Positions 47,179-56,589 of a DNA stretch of 64,000 nt are shown here, piece after piece. Each line of letters begins with the position of its first letter. Positions within the stretch are counted from its first letter, which is position 1. The notes under the pieces are model-generated. The model was not told the origin of the DNA. It worked only from the letters and a program-made list of their open reading frames with translations, and did no database searches. This DNA is from Aquificales bacterium (GTDB taxonomy: Bacteria > Aquificota > Aquificia > Aquificales > QOAS01), in the NCBI GenBank assembly GCA_027036735.1, contig JALWDU010000056.1, forward strand, positions 38,816 through 102,815, written 5' to 3'. Both the position numbers and the translations under genes were made by a program.

Positions 47179-49122
47179 TTATTCTTCCTCATTTGCAGTA
47201 TCTTTAATATAAAAAGGCATTTTCTTATAAAGGAGCTCGTATAAGTCAAATGGTCTTCCCGCTAATTGTCCAACATCCCTAGTCCAGGGGGAAAGACTAT
47301 AGTAGCCTATAGCCTTTGTATCGCGCAATTTAAAGATTCTTAAAGGAATTGCTACAAAAATACCTTTATCATGATAGTTTCTATTCGGACCGGAGAAATT
47401 AGAGGTGTTCGAATAAGTATACCAAAAGCCTACTTCGAACCCGTGAACTTCCCGAGAGATTTCAAATCTAATTCCCTTATCCCCTGCTAGAAATCTTCCC
47501 GCTTTAATTTTGAATTTAATTCTAGGCTTTTGAGTTACATAATAGGCTGATATATATTCATCGTGGAATCTCCAATTTCTTAAACCAAAAACCCTATTAG
47601 GGTCTCTTTTATATACATAATCCCCTCCTATACCCACGGCAAATCTTCCATCCCCAAAAAAGTGAATAATATCTCCACCGATTCCGGCAAACATCAATTC
47701 GTTATAACCGGTTGAGATGCTTAAAAATGTATTTTTATAAATACTGTTAATGTAAGATAGCGATAAAACGCTAAAGTTAGGATGCTTTTGACCTAAATAA
47801 TCGGCTATATCGCTTCGAACCGGTTTTGGCATAAGAGGTTTATTTACTGTGCTGATATTATTAATGAATGGTATAAATAGGCTTGCATCTAAACGAAAGT
47901 TGTTAAAGAAATAACTCTCAACCCCTAAATCGATACTAAACATATATTTAAATGCACCGGAAGGGTCGTTAAGAAAAGTTCTCAGTTTCGGATATATAGT
48001 CCATTTATAGGTTATCCAATTTTTATTCCTTACTTTATAGTTATATGCAATTTTTGATTTTGCTTTTTTTAAAAGAGTTTCGTAGTCTTCCTTACCCAAC
48101 AGAAAGTTGTTAATATCCGCTCCGTTAAAAATAAACTCACTAATAGGAATATTTTTTTCCTTTACAATAATCTTAACCTTTCGAATATTCTTAAAATAAA
48201 GAACTTTCAGCACATATAAAATCTTTTTAATTGCAACACTATCAAAAAAATATTTATCAGTTGAGTATTCTATTACTAAGGTATCTCCTAATGTGTATAC
48301 TTCAACATTATCGTATTTAAGCTTTTCTAAAGCTTTTTCATAAAACTCCGTTTGTTTATTTTTTCTAATTAACTCAATATCTTCTTTTGTAAGCCTAAAA
48401 AATCTCTTTTTATGGGGTAACCAAGGTTTTCCCATGGGGAAATTTGCATTAATATTGATTCCATACGTAGTTCCTCTCTGGTAAGAAACCACTATTTGCA
48501 ACCAAGATAAAATTTGATACTTTAACCCTATATTTATCTTTGATTTTACTTCCTTATTTTGTAAACCTTTGAGTTCTTCCTTATTAATAGGAGAATATTC
48601 CAAAATAAATGATAATTTAGGGTGGAGTAAAATTTCACTTCCCGCAAAGAAACCGTTTAAGAGTTTCCCCTTTGCAACTCCAAATGTTAGATTTTCGGGA
48701 ATATAAAAGTCTATATATTTTGAAATTACCAAATATTTTGTATCAAATAGCTTGGTTCCATGGAAATCATCCCAACCTACAGCTATTGCAGGATATTTTC
48801 CTTTCTCGGGTAAAATTTGATATTTAACGAAAAAAGCTTTATCTTTGTATTTACCGTAACCAGACCAATAGTCTGAATTTAAGGTTATGTCTTCTATCTG
48901 TGTAATAACTCCCCCAATTTCTAATCCTGGAAAGAAACCAATATTTATATAACCCCTTAAATATGGATAGACATAGGAAATACCTAATGCCATATTTCCG
49001 TCTTTAACGGTGTAAGCTGTTGGGTTTTCTAATAAACCGGTTCTACCAAAGTTAGATAATATCGGCGTTGCGGACAAAACTGAAGAGGAAAATAAGAAAC
49101 TAGATATTAGAAATTTTTTCAT
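47179..49122 (-). CDS. YjbH/GfcD-like outer-membrane exopolysaccharide protein
   Basis: 647 aa with a signal peptide. The N-terminal FGRTGLLENPTAYTVKDGNMALG matches the YjbH pattern (FGGxGLLxxPTA). Aromatic-rich, beta-barrel-like sequence. Confidence 0.7.
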   Translation of the reverse strand: MKKFLISSFLFSSSVLSATPILSNFGRTGLLENPTAYTVKDGNMALGISYVYPYLRGYINIGFFPGLEIGGVITQIEDITLNSDYWSGYGKYKDKAFFVKYQILPEKGKYPAIAVGWDDFHGTKLFDTKYLVISKYIDFYIPENLTFGVAKGKLLNGFFAGSEILLHPKLSFILEYSPINKEELKGLQNKEVKSKINIGLKYQILSWLQIVVSYQRGTTYGININANFPMGKPWLPHKKRFFRLTKEDIELIRKNKQTEFYEKALEKLKYDNVEVYTLGDTLVIEYSTDKYFFDSVAIKKILYVLKVLYFKNIRKVKIIVKEKNIPISEFIFNGADINNFLLGKEDYETLLKKAKSKIAYNYKVRNKNWITYKWTIYPKLRTFLNDPSGAFKYMFSIDLGVESYFFNNFRLDASLFIPFINNISTVNKPLMPKPVRSDIADYLGQKHPNFSVLSLSYINSIYKNTFLSISTGYNELMFAGIGGDIIHFFGDGRFAVGIGGDYVYKRDPNRVFGLRNWRFHDEYISAYYVTQKPRIKFKIKAGRFLAGDKGIRFEISREVHGFEVGFWYTYSNTSNFSGPNRNYHDKGIFVAIPLRIFKLRDTKAIGYYSLSPWTRDVGQLAGRPFDLYELLYKKMPFYIKDTANEEE

Positions 49123-49140
49123 TAAAAATAAAGAATTTTA

Positions 49141-49881
49141 TCAATGGTGTACAGTGGTTGCGTGGTGCACCGTAGTGGTTGCTTCGGTAGTTGCCGCAAC
49201 AACAGCTCCAACTACTCCCGCAGCTATTGCAGCCCCAGCAGCTATAGTAGTAGCTGATACCGCTCCTACACCAACAGCTGCCCCTGCTGCAGTTGCCCCA
49301 GCACCTACACCAGCCGCTGCCGCAGCTCCAGCCGCACTTGCTCCCGCTGCTGCAGTCCCCGCAGCTGCACCTGCTCCTGCTGTGGCGGTACCTGCAGTTG
49401 CTCCGGTTGTTCCAGCAACTGTTCCAGTTGTAGCACCTACTGTAGATGCTCCCGTAGTTCCGGCTGCCGCAGCGCCGGTTGTTCCAGTTGCAGTTCCTAC
49501 GCCACCTGTTGCAGCTCCCGTTGATGCTCCAACAGAAGTTCCCGTACTTCCCGTAGCAATATTTGTTGTAGTTGCTACCTTAGTTGCCTCTACTCCACTG
49601 GTGCTTATACCGTTTACACTGGACTGGGTTGCTATAGATTTAGATACTACATGTGAACTTTTACTTTCCGATAGTTTATGTAGTACCTGTTTCCCTTCCT
49701 TTAAAATATCATAGCCCTTTTTTACTTTTTCAACTTTATTTAATAAACTTTCTTGGTGAAAGGATTCTGACAAAGGAGTGTTGGCTTTTTCGTCAGCTTG
49801 CACGTAGCCACACATAAGAGCCAGGACTATAAAACTTTTAGTTATTAGCCTTACCATAGTTTTAAACCTCCTTATTTCCAA
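49141..49881 (-). CDS. Secreted Thr/Gly/Ala-rich low-complexity protein (GfcA/YjbE-like), C-terminal TTVHHATTVHH
   Basis: 246 aa. Signal-like N-terminus (LITKSFIVLALMCGYVQA) and a structured domain of about 70 aa. About 150 aa of T/G/A/V repeats follow. Operon position is between the Wza-like and YjbH-like genes. The + ORF 49154..49714 is its antisense shadow. Confidence 0.6.
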   Translation of the reverse strand: MEIRRFKTMVRLITKSFIVLALMCGYVQADEKANTPLSESFHQESLLNKVEKVKKGYDILKEGKQVLHKLSESKSSHVVSKSIATQSSVNGISTSGVEATKVATTTNIATGSTGTSVGASTGAATGGVGTATGTTGAAAAGTTGASTVGATTGTVAGTTGATAGTATAGAGAAAGTAAAGASAAGAAAAAGVGAGATAAGAAVGVGAVSATTIAAGAAIAAGVVGAVVAATTEATTTVHHATTVHH

Positions 49882-49884
49882 CTA

Positions 49885-52179
49885 TTATAAATGAGAAATA
49901 GTATAGACTGTAAGCGCGGATTGATAAATTATTTGAACTACATCTTTTATTAGAGGTCTCCACATGATGGGGACTTTTACCTTTGTAGGAACTATAATCG
50001 CATCTCCCGGTTCAAGCCTATATGAGAGTATTTTGTTTTCGGGATTTCCCCACACAAAGCGTTTTTGTTCATCATCCCAAGAAATTAAACTGTTGGAAGT
50101 TTCGGAGGATATAGCCACTCCGTTGGCTTTGATAACAAATATATGGTCTACATCGGCGTATTTTGTTAAACCTCCCGCCAGGGCGATGTAATCTTTAACT
50201 TCTAATTTCGGGTTGTATAGTAAAGCGGAAGGATTTTGAACTTCTCCAAACACAAAAACTTCCGAAGGGATTTTTGGAACGTATATTTTATCTCCGTCTT
50301 CCAGAACAACATTTGAAGGTGATAATCTCAAAGCCTCTAAATTGTTAGGAATATTTAACCCTGCCAATCTACCGGTTACCTGCGTTTTTTCCATCTCTTT
50401 AAGTAGTCTTCTCTGAGCTTCAAAGGAATATTTGTAAGCCCTAACCTGCTCTTCGGTTAGGTCGGCTTGCATTACACCTGCTTCTTCCTTTTCCAAAGTT
50501 GATTTCAATAGAACTATTGCCTTTTGGAGTTTTTCTTTTTGCAATTCCGCTATTGATTGCCTTAACAAAACTATACCTTTTGTGTAAGCTCCCGGTCTAA
50601 AACCGCCTGCCTCCTTAAGGATATCGTAAAGTGTGGTGTTTTCATCGATTTTGTAAACTCCCGGTTTTTTAACCATTCCGGCAACGGTTACTTTGAAAAC
50701 TATCTCGTTTTGGGATACAGGTTTAATAACTATCTCCGTTCCGGGTTTGAGTTGGATATTAAACTTCGGGTTTTTCTTAAATAGAACTTTACCCAAATAG
50801 ATAATTCCTACCTTCTTACCAGTAGGGTCTATAATTTCGGCTTTTAACCTTTTGGGGTCTTCTTTAAACTTTACAGAACCCAAAGCGTCGGCTAAGGTTA
50901 ACCCCGGTTTAAAGGGAATCCATTGGGGTTTATCCACAAAACCGCTGATCTTTACGGGTTTGTAAAAATATTTCGGATATAACACTATACGGTCTAATGG
51001 TTGAAGACTCAAGTTGTATTTTCCATTGAGAACATCTATAGGTCTAAAGGAGATTATTTTTTCCCTTTGGAGTGTCCTTGGATTATACCTCTCCACTTCG
51101 GCATATTCCAAATTTGTATCCTTTAGGAGGTTGTCTACTTTGAGCAAATCTTTAAGTGTTAAATTCGGTTTGTATTGATAAACTCCCGGATAGCGAACAT
51201 AACCGCTTAGGTAAACAACATTTTTGGGAACACTTTTTATTCTAATAATTTGAACTATATCTCCATCTTTTATTTCTGTATCCAATACCTTTGAATTTTC
51301 CAAAGAGGTTTCTAGAACTTTTTCGTTAACTCCGTTTACATATCTATAAATCACAACCTTATGCGTATAAGCCGAGGGCATTAAACTACCGGCGTAGTTA
51401 AGCAAATCCCTTAAAGTGGTTTTTCCCTTTAGCTCATAAATCGCCGGTCTCTTCACATCCCCCACAATCGCGGCGGTTTTTCCAATGGGGTTGACAAGAA
51501 TAACATCGTTATCTTTGAGTCTAATATCGATAGGTTTTCCCTCTATTAGCAGTTGATAGAGGTCTAATTTAAAAACCTTAGTCCCCGAAGGGGTTTTTCT
51601 TGTAAGAATAACATTTCTCAAACTTCCCGTTTTGCTAACGCCTCCAGCAAAACTTAAGGCATCCAATATATTGTTTATTTCACTTGCTATAACGGGACCT
51701 GGTTTATTAACTTCTCCCGAAACGTAAACCACAAATTTCCTAACCTTTCCAAGTGTTACTTTTAATCTAACTCCCAAAGTTTTCGATAAAAGTTCCTGTA
51801 ACTCTTTCAGCGTTAGACCTACTACTGGAAAGGTTCCCACTTGGGGAATTACCAATTGCCCGTCTGTATCAACAATTGTTTTTATTACCGGAGGTAATTG
51901 ACTATCGGGAGGCAATCCCAATAGGTAGATAACAACTTCGTCCCCTATTCCCAAAACGTAATCTTCCGGAAGAGGAACTGAAACTCCTTTAAACTGAAAA
52001 GGTTTCAAAAAAAATCTATAACCAAACTGGTAAATAGGTTGCTTTATCCCTAAGGATTTTAAACGTAAATTGTAATCCTTCTCCAATAAAGAATTTGTTA
52101 TTTTTACATTTGCACTATAGGAGATAGAAGATATAGAACCTATTACTGCAAAACCTAAAAGTATATTGTGAAATTTCAT
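49885..52179 (-). CDS. Polysaccharide export protein (Wza/KpsD family, Poly_export + multiple SLBB domains)
   Basis: 764 aa with a signal peptide. Repeated G-x-V-x-x-P-G-x-Y modules: SGEVNKPGPV, GYVRYPGVYQY, GMVKKPGVYKI, GEVQNPSALLY. Confidence 0.85.
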   Translation of the reverse strand: MKFHNILLGFAVIGSISSISYSANVKITNSLLEKDYNLRLKSLGIKQPIYQFGYRFFLKPFQFKGVSVPLPEDYVLGIGDEVVIYLLGLPPDSQLPPVIKTIVDTDGQLVIPQVGTFPVVGLTLKELQELLSKTLGVRLKVTLGKVRKFVVYVSGEVNKPGPVIASEINNILDALSFAGGVSKTGSLRNVILTRKTPSGTKVFKLDLYQLLIEGKPIDIRLKDNDVILVNPIGKTAAIVGDVKRPAIYELKGKTTLRDLLNYAGSLMPSAYTHKVVIYRYVNGVNEKVLETSLENSKVLDTEIKDGDIVQIIRIKSVPKNVVYLSGYVRYPGVYQYKPNLTLKDLLKVDNLLKDTNLEYAEVERYNPRTLQREKIISFRPIDVLNGKYNLSLQPLDRIVLYPKYFYKPVKISGFVDKPQWIPFKPGLTLADALGSVKFKEDPKRLKAEIIDPTGKKVGIIYLGKVLFKKNPKFNIQLKPGTEIVIKPVSQNEIVFKVTVAGMVKKPGVYKIDENTTLYDILKEAGGFRPGAYTKGIVLLRQSIAELQKEKLQKAIVLLKSTLEKEEAGVMQADLTEEQVRAYKYSFEAQRRLLKEMEKTQVTGRLAGLNIPNNLEALRLSPSNVVLEDGDKIYVPKIPSEVFVFGEVQNPSALLYNPKLEVKDYIALAGGLTKYADVDHIFVIKANGVAISSETSNSLISWDDEQKRFVWGNPENKILSYRLEPGDAIIVPTKVKVPIMWRPLIKDVVQIIYQSALTVYTISHL

Positions 52180-53324
52180 ACCTGTTCCTCCTTTTGCCTT
52201 CTAACATTCTCTAGCCATTCCCTAAAGAAGGCTAAAAATATTCCTAAAAAGAGCCCACTAACTCCGGCAACAGCTAATATAAGAGCCTTTTTAGGTTTAT
52301 AGGGTTCTCTTTTATCGGGAATATAAGGAGGGTCTATAACTTGGAAGGTAATATTCTCCTTTATCTCTTGGGCTTTAGCCGCTTCGTATTGCTGGGCTAA
52401 ATAACTTAGAAGATTAGTCATAAAATCCATTTGCATTTGCAGTTTTTGTAAATTGAACTGATAATCCGGCAAATTTGGATTTTGAACCGTTAAGGTTTTT
52501 AGCTGGTTTAATTCCTTCTTTAGTTCCTGTATTTTTTGAGGATTTACACTTAAAGTTGTATTTTCATTATTTTTCAATAATGATAGGTCTATAATAATGG
52601 GAACTTCTTTAATTTTTCCCGCCAAGAAATCTTTATAAAGTTTCTCAAGAAGTTTTAATTTTTTTATAGCATCCTTTAATTGATTTTCTACAAAAATCCT
52701 ATATTTTTTAGCTAAACTCCAACTTTTTTCATTAAGAATTTTATTAGTTTCCTCCAAAAGTGTTTTTGCTATAACGTAAGCTATTTTGGGATTTTTGGGA
52801 AATTCCACAGTTATTGTTATCACTCCTGTTTTTTTATCGGTAGAAATGGAGATTAAATCTTTCATTTTTTTTATTCCATCCAAAATAGTAGGGGCGTCTT
52901 CGGGATTTTTCCAAGTTTTTGTTTTGTTATCCCATTGGGAGGAGAACAATATAGGCATCAAATTAAGTTTTTTAATAATCCTCTCCTTAATTGTGTTACT
53001 CTTTAAGATAGCCTCAACTGTAAGGCTTTGTGAAGAAGTAGGCAAAGATATCCCAAGAGTTCCAGCTAAAGCACTTAAACCTGTTTGTTGTTGTCCTTGT
53101 AGTGGATATATAGAAGTTTCTGTTTTATAAACGGGGGGGGATATAAGTATGTAAACTATTGCTAATGTTAAAAATACTACAAAAGTTCCTAAAATCCACT
53201 TTGAGCGTTTTTTTAGAATTAACCATAACTCATAGAGGTCTATTTCATCGTCTTCTATATGAGAAGAGGTATATAAAGTTTGCAAATCTTTTAAGTCAGG
53301 TATATTTGTTTTCTTTTTCTGCAA
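52176..53324 (-). CDS. Wzz/polysaccharide co-polymerase (chain-length determinant), no kinase domain
   Basis: 382 aa. DEIDLYELWLILKKRSKWILGTFVVFLTLAIVYILISPPVYKTETSI is the Wzz N-terminal TM motif. Coiled-coil periplasmic region and a C-terminal TM with PKKALILAVAGVSGLFLGI. Confidence 0.8.
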   Translation of the reverse strand: MQKKKTNIPDLKDLQTLYTSSHIEDDEIDLYELWLILKKRSKWILGTFVVFLTLAIVYILISPPVYKTETSIYPLQGQQQTGLSALAGTLGISLPTSSQSLTVEAILKSNTIKERIIKKLNLMPILFSSQWDNKTKTWKNPEDAPTILDGIKKMKDLISISTDKKTGVITITVEFPKNPKIAYVIAKTLLEETNKILNEKSWSLAKKYRIFVENQLKDAIKKLKLLEKLYKDFLAGKIKEVPIIIDLSLLKNNENTTLSVNPQKIQELKKELNQLKTLTVQNPNLPDYQFNLQKLQMQMDFMTNLLSYLAQQYEAAKAQEIKENITFQVIDPPYIPDKREPYKPKKALILAVAGVSGLFLGIFLAFFREWLENVRRQKEEQV

Positions 53325-53395
53325 CCTAACACCCTCCTAAATTATAATTCATTTTAAAAGGTACTTAATTGAAAAGTTCTTAGAATAAAAGGATA

Positions 53396-54184
53396 ATGCT
53401 TGAGAAAATCATAAATATAGCCTTAGAAGCGGGAAAAGAAATTTTAAAAGTCTACAATTCTTTTGATAAATTTGATATAAATTTAAAATCAGATGGTTCT
53501 CCCCTAACACTAGCCGATAAAATCTCAAATGAAATTATACTAAATGGATTAAAAACTGTATCTAATTACCCTATCCTTAGTGAGGAAAGCAAAGAAATAC
53601 CTTTTGAGGAAAGAAAAAATTGGGAAAAGTTTTGGTTGGTAGACCCCTTAGACGGCACCAAGGAATTTATAAAAAAGAACGGAGAGTTCACCGTAAACAT
53701 AGCCCTTATCGATAAAGGTACCCCTATTTTGGGCGTGGTTTATGCACCGGCTAAAAATTGGCTCTATTTTGGCTCATCTGAAGGAGTATTTAAAAAGGAA
53801 GGGGAAAGAATTCTATCCCTCAGGATAAAGAAACCATCAAGCCCAAGTAAAATTAGAGCCGTTGTAAGCAGGTCTCATTTAGATGAGGAAACTCTAAACT
53901 TTCTTTCCTTTTTGGAAAAGCAGACTGGCAAACAGGTAGAAAAAGTTAGTATAGGTTCTTCTCTAAAAATTTGTTATATTCCCGAAGGGAAAGCCGATAT
54001 TTATCCTCGTCTTGCCCCCACTATGGAATGGGATACAGCAGCAGCTCACGCAATTTTAAATTTTGCGGGCGGAAAATTGGTAGAATTCCGAAGAAAAAAT
54101 TTGTTGACAGCACCGGAACTTAAATATAATAAGAAAATATTAAAAAATCCTCCTTTTGTAGCATTTAATCCTTATGCCATTTGA
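53396..54184 (+). CDS. cysQ: 3'(2'),5'-bisphosphate nucleotidase (PAP phosphatase)
   Basis: 262 aa. LSEES, WLVDPLDGTKEF and WDTAAAHAIL inositol-monophosphatase/CysQ motifs. Confidence 0.85.
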   Translation: MLEKIINIALEAGKEILKVYNSFDKFDINLKSDGSPLTLADKISNEIILNGLKTVSNYPILSEESKEIPFEERKNWEKFWLVDPLDGTKEFIKKNGEFTVNIALIDKGTPILGVVYAPAKNWLYFGSSEGVFKKEGERILSLRIKKPSSPSKIRAVVSRSHLDEETLNFLSFLEKQTGKQVEKVSIGSSLKICYIPEGKADIYPRLAPTMEWDTAAAHAILNFAGGKLVEFRRKNLLTAPELKYNKKILKNPPFVAFNPYAI

Positions 54185-55949
54185 AACTTTATTTTTACTA
54201 ATCATATTATTGGGAACAGTAATTTTACTAGTTAAAGGCAACCTTTTACCTTCTACGATTTTTTTCTTTTCCGTTACCCTTTTAGTGCTTTTTAACATAC
54301 TTACACCACAAGAAGCTCTACAGGGATTTTCAAACGTTCAAATAGCCATCATAGTTCTTCTATTAATTATTTCTTATGCAATAGAAAAATTAAAAATATT
54401 GCCCATTTTTTTTGAAAAAATTATAAGCTTTCAATTATCTTACAAAAAGTTTCTTTTAAAGCTAACTTTATTTGTATCCTTATTCTCCTCCATATTAAAT
54501 AATACTCCTATAGTAACCTTATTGATACCTTATCTGGTTGAGTGGAGTAAAAGAAAAGGTATTCCTTTATCGAAAATTCTAATCCCCCTTTCTTATGCCG
54601 CTATTGTAGGGGGAACGGTAACCCTTATAGGAACTTCTACAAATCTTTTAATAGCAGCTCTATATGAACAATATAGTGGAAAACAGTTACATTTTTTGGA
54701 TTTTACACCTATTGGAATATTTCTAGTAATAACTCTTATTTTATACTTTTATTTTTTAGGTTACAAACTACTACCCAATAGAGAAGAACCTATTAAGGAC
54801 TTTATAAAACAGGCAAAAAATTATTTAGTGGAAACCTATGTGCCGGAATCATCTCCATTGATTGGAAAGAGTATAGAAGAAGCCGGACTTAGAAATTTAA
54901 AAGGCTTATTTTTAGCAGAAATAATAAGGGGAAAAAAATTAATAAGACCTGTTAATCCTCAAGAAGTTATTAATAAAGGTGATATTTTAATCTTCGTTGG
55001 GGATACCAAAGCTATAAATGAACTTCTCAACATGAGAATTGGTTTAGAACTCCCCAAAGCTTGTGTTTTACCTTTTCAAAATCTTGATATAGTGGAAGCT
55101 GTCATCCCTTACAATTCTCCTTTGATAGGGAAAAATATTAAGGAACTAAACTTTCGTGCTAAATATGATGCAGCCGTTATAGGTGTCCATAGGGGTGGAG
55201 AATTTCTAAGAGGAAAAATAGGAACCATTAATTTAAAACCAGGGGATTTACTCTTACTTTGGGTTGGAAAAGATTTCTATAAAAAAGTTTCTGAAATTGG
55301 TGATTTTTATGTGATAAATAAAGTAGGCAATCTCTACAAATACTCTATTAAAAAAGGTTTCATTTTATTACTTATTTTCCTTGCAATCGTAATTTTAGCT
55401 TCTTTCCATGTTATACCTTTATTTAAGGGACTTTTACTTTATATACTAATATTGCTTGTTTTGAGAATTTTATCTTTTTCTGAAATAAGGAAAAATTTAG
55501 ATATGAATTTAATTTTTACAGCTGCTCTTTCTTTAGCTTTAGGTAAAGCTGTAATGAATACAGGTTTAGCAGAATATATGTCCTTTTTTATTATAAAGTT
55601 CTCTAAAATTTTTGGAACTATTGGATTATTAATAGCTTTATACTTAATAACATTATTCCTCACCGAATTTGTAACCAATTTAGCGGCAGCTGCGATAATA
55701 TTCCCTATTGCTGTTAATTTGGCAAATCAATTACACATAGATTTAAAACCTTTTGCTTTATTAATAGCATTTGCAGCTTCCGGAAGCTTCATATCTCCTA
55801 TAGGTTATCAAACAAATTTATTGGTTTATTCCCTAGGAAATTACAAATTTACCGACTTTATTAAGGTTGGCTTACCCTTTTCTATTATTTATGGAACTAT
55901 AGTAATAATTTGTATATATATACTTTACTTTTGGAATGAGAATAGTTAA
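54174..55949 (+). CDS. SLC13/DASS-type anion permease with two cytoplasmic TrkA-C domains (candidate sulfate transporter)
   Basis: 591 aa, polytopic. Two central TrkA-C-like repeats (GKSIEEAGLRNLKGLFLAEIIRG...GDILIFVGD and GKNIKELNFRAKYDAAVIGVHRG...GDLLLLWVG). The substrate is inferred from context only. Confidence 0.7.
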   Translation: MPFETLFLLIILLGTVILLVKGNLLPSTIFFFSVTLLVLFNILTPQEALQGFSNVQIAIIVLLLIISYAIEKLKILPIFFEKIISFQLSYKKFLLKLTLFVSLFSSILNNTPIVTLLIPYLVEWSKRKGIPLSKILIPLSYAAIVGGTVTLIGTSTNLLIAALYEQYSGKQLHFLDFTPIGIFLVITLILYFYFLGYKLLPNREEPIKDFIKQAKNYLVETYVPESSPLIGKSIEEAGLRNLKGLFLAEIIRGKKLIRPVNPQEVINKGDILIFVGDTKAINELLNMRIGLELPKACVLPFQNLDIVEAVIPYNSPLIGKNIKELNFRAKYDAAVIGVHRGGEFLRGKIGTINLKPGDLLLLWVGKDFYKKVSEIGDFYVINKVGNLYKYSIKKGFILLLIFLAIVILASFHVIPLFKGLLLYILILLVLRILSFSEIRKNLDMNLIFTAALSLALGKAVMNTGLAEYMSFFIIKFSKIFGTIGLLIALYLITLFLTEFVTNLAAAAIIFPIAVNLANQLHIDLKPFALLIAFAASGSFISPIGYQTNLLVYSLGNYKFTDFIKVGLPFSIIYGTIVIICIYILYFWNENS

Positions 55950-55965
55950 AATTTCATAACTCCTT

Positions 55966-56589
55966 ATGAAAATGAACAAATATATTATTCCACATAAAGG
56001 AAAGGTGACAAAAGAAGACAGGCAAAAACTAAAAGGTCACAAGTCGGTAGTTCTGTGGTTTACCGGATTATCGGGGAGTGGAAAGTCCACAATAGCCCAT
56101 GCTTTAGAAGAAGCGTTATACGAAAGAAAAATACATACTTATATATTGGATGGGGATAATGTGCGAACAGGACTTAATAAAGATTTAGGTTTTACTCCCG
56201 AAGATAGAAAAGAAAATATTAGACGTTTGGGAGAAGTTGCAAAACTTTTTGTCGATGCCGGTATCATTGTAATGGTTGCAGCAATATCCCCCTATAAGAG
56301 TGATAGGTCATTTGTTAGAAATTTATTGGAACCCGGAGAATTTATAGAAATTTATGTAAAGTGTCCTTTGGAAATTTGCGAAAGCAGAGACCCCAAAGGT
56401 TTATATAAAAAAGCTCGTCAAGGTGTCATCAAAAACTTTACAGGTATAGATGCACCCTATGAGGAACCCGAAAATCCCGAAATAGTTATAGAAAGCGATA
56501 AAGAATCTGTAGAGGAGGCGGTTAATAAAATAATCCGCTATTTGGAGGAGAAAAAGATTATTCCAAAGGAGGAAAATAAAAATGCTTAA
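55966..56589 (+). CDS. cysC: Adenylyl-sulfate (APS) kinase
   Basis: 207 aa. [17 protein letters not shown]-loop, LDGDNVR, and ISPY motifs. Confidence 0.92.
   Translation: MKMNKYIIPHKGKVTKEDRQKLKGHKSVVLWFTGLSGSGKSTIAHALEEALYERKIHTYILDGDNVRTGLNKDLGFTPEDRKENIRRLGEVAKLFVDAGIIVMVAAISPYKSDRSFVRNLLEPGEFIEIYVKCPLEICESRDPKGLYKKARQGVIKNFTGIDAPYEEPENPEIVIESDKESVEEAVNKIIRYLEEKKIIPKEENKNA

Noticed and set aside
49154-49714. 186-aa Ala/Pro/Val-rich + strand ORF
   Set aside because: It is antisense to the T/G/A-rich gene. GCN/GGN/ACN repeats stay open on both strands. The minus frame has a signal-like N-terminus and a non-repetitive domain, and it fits the operon direction.
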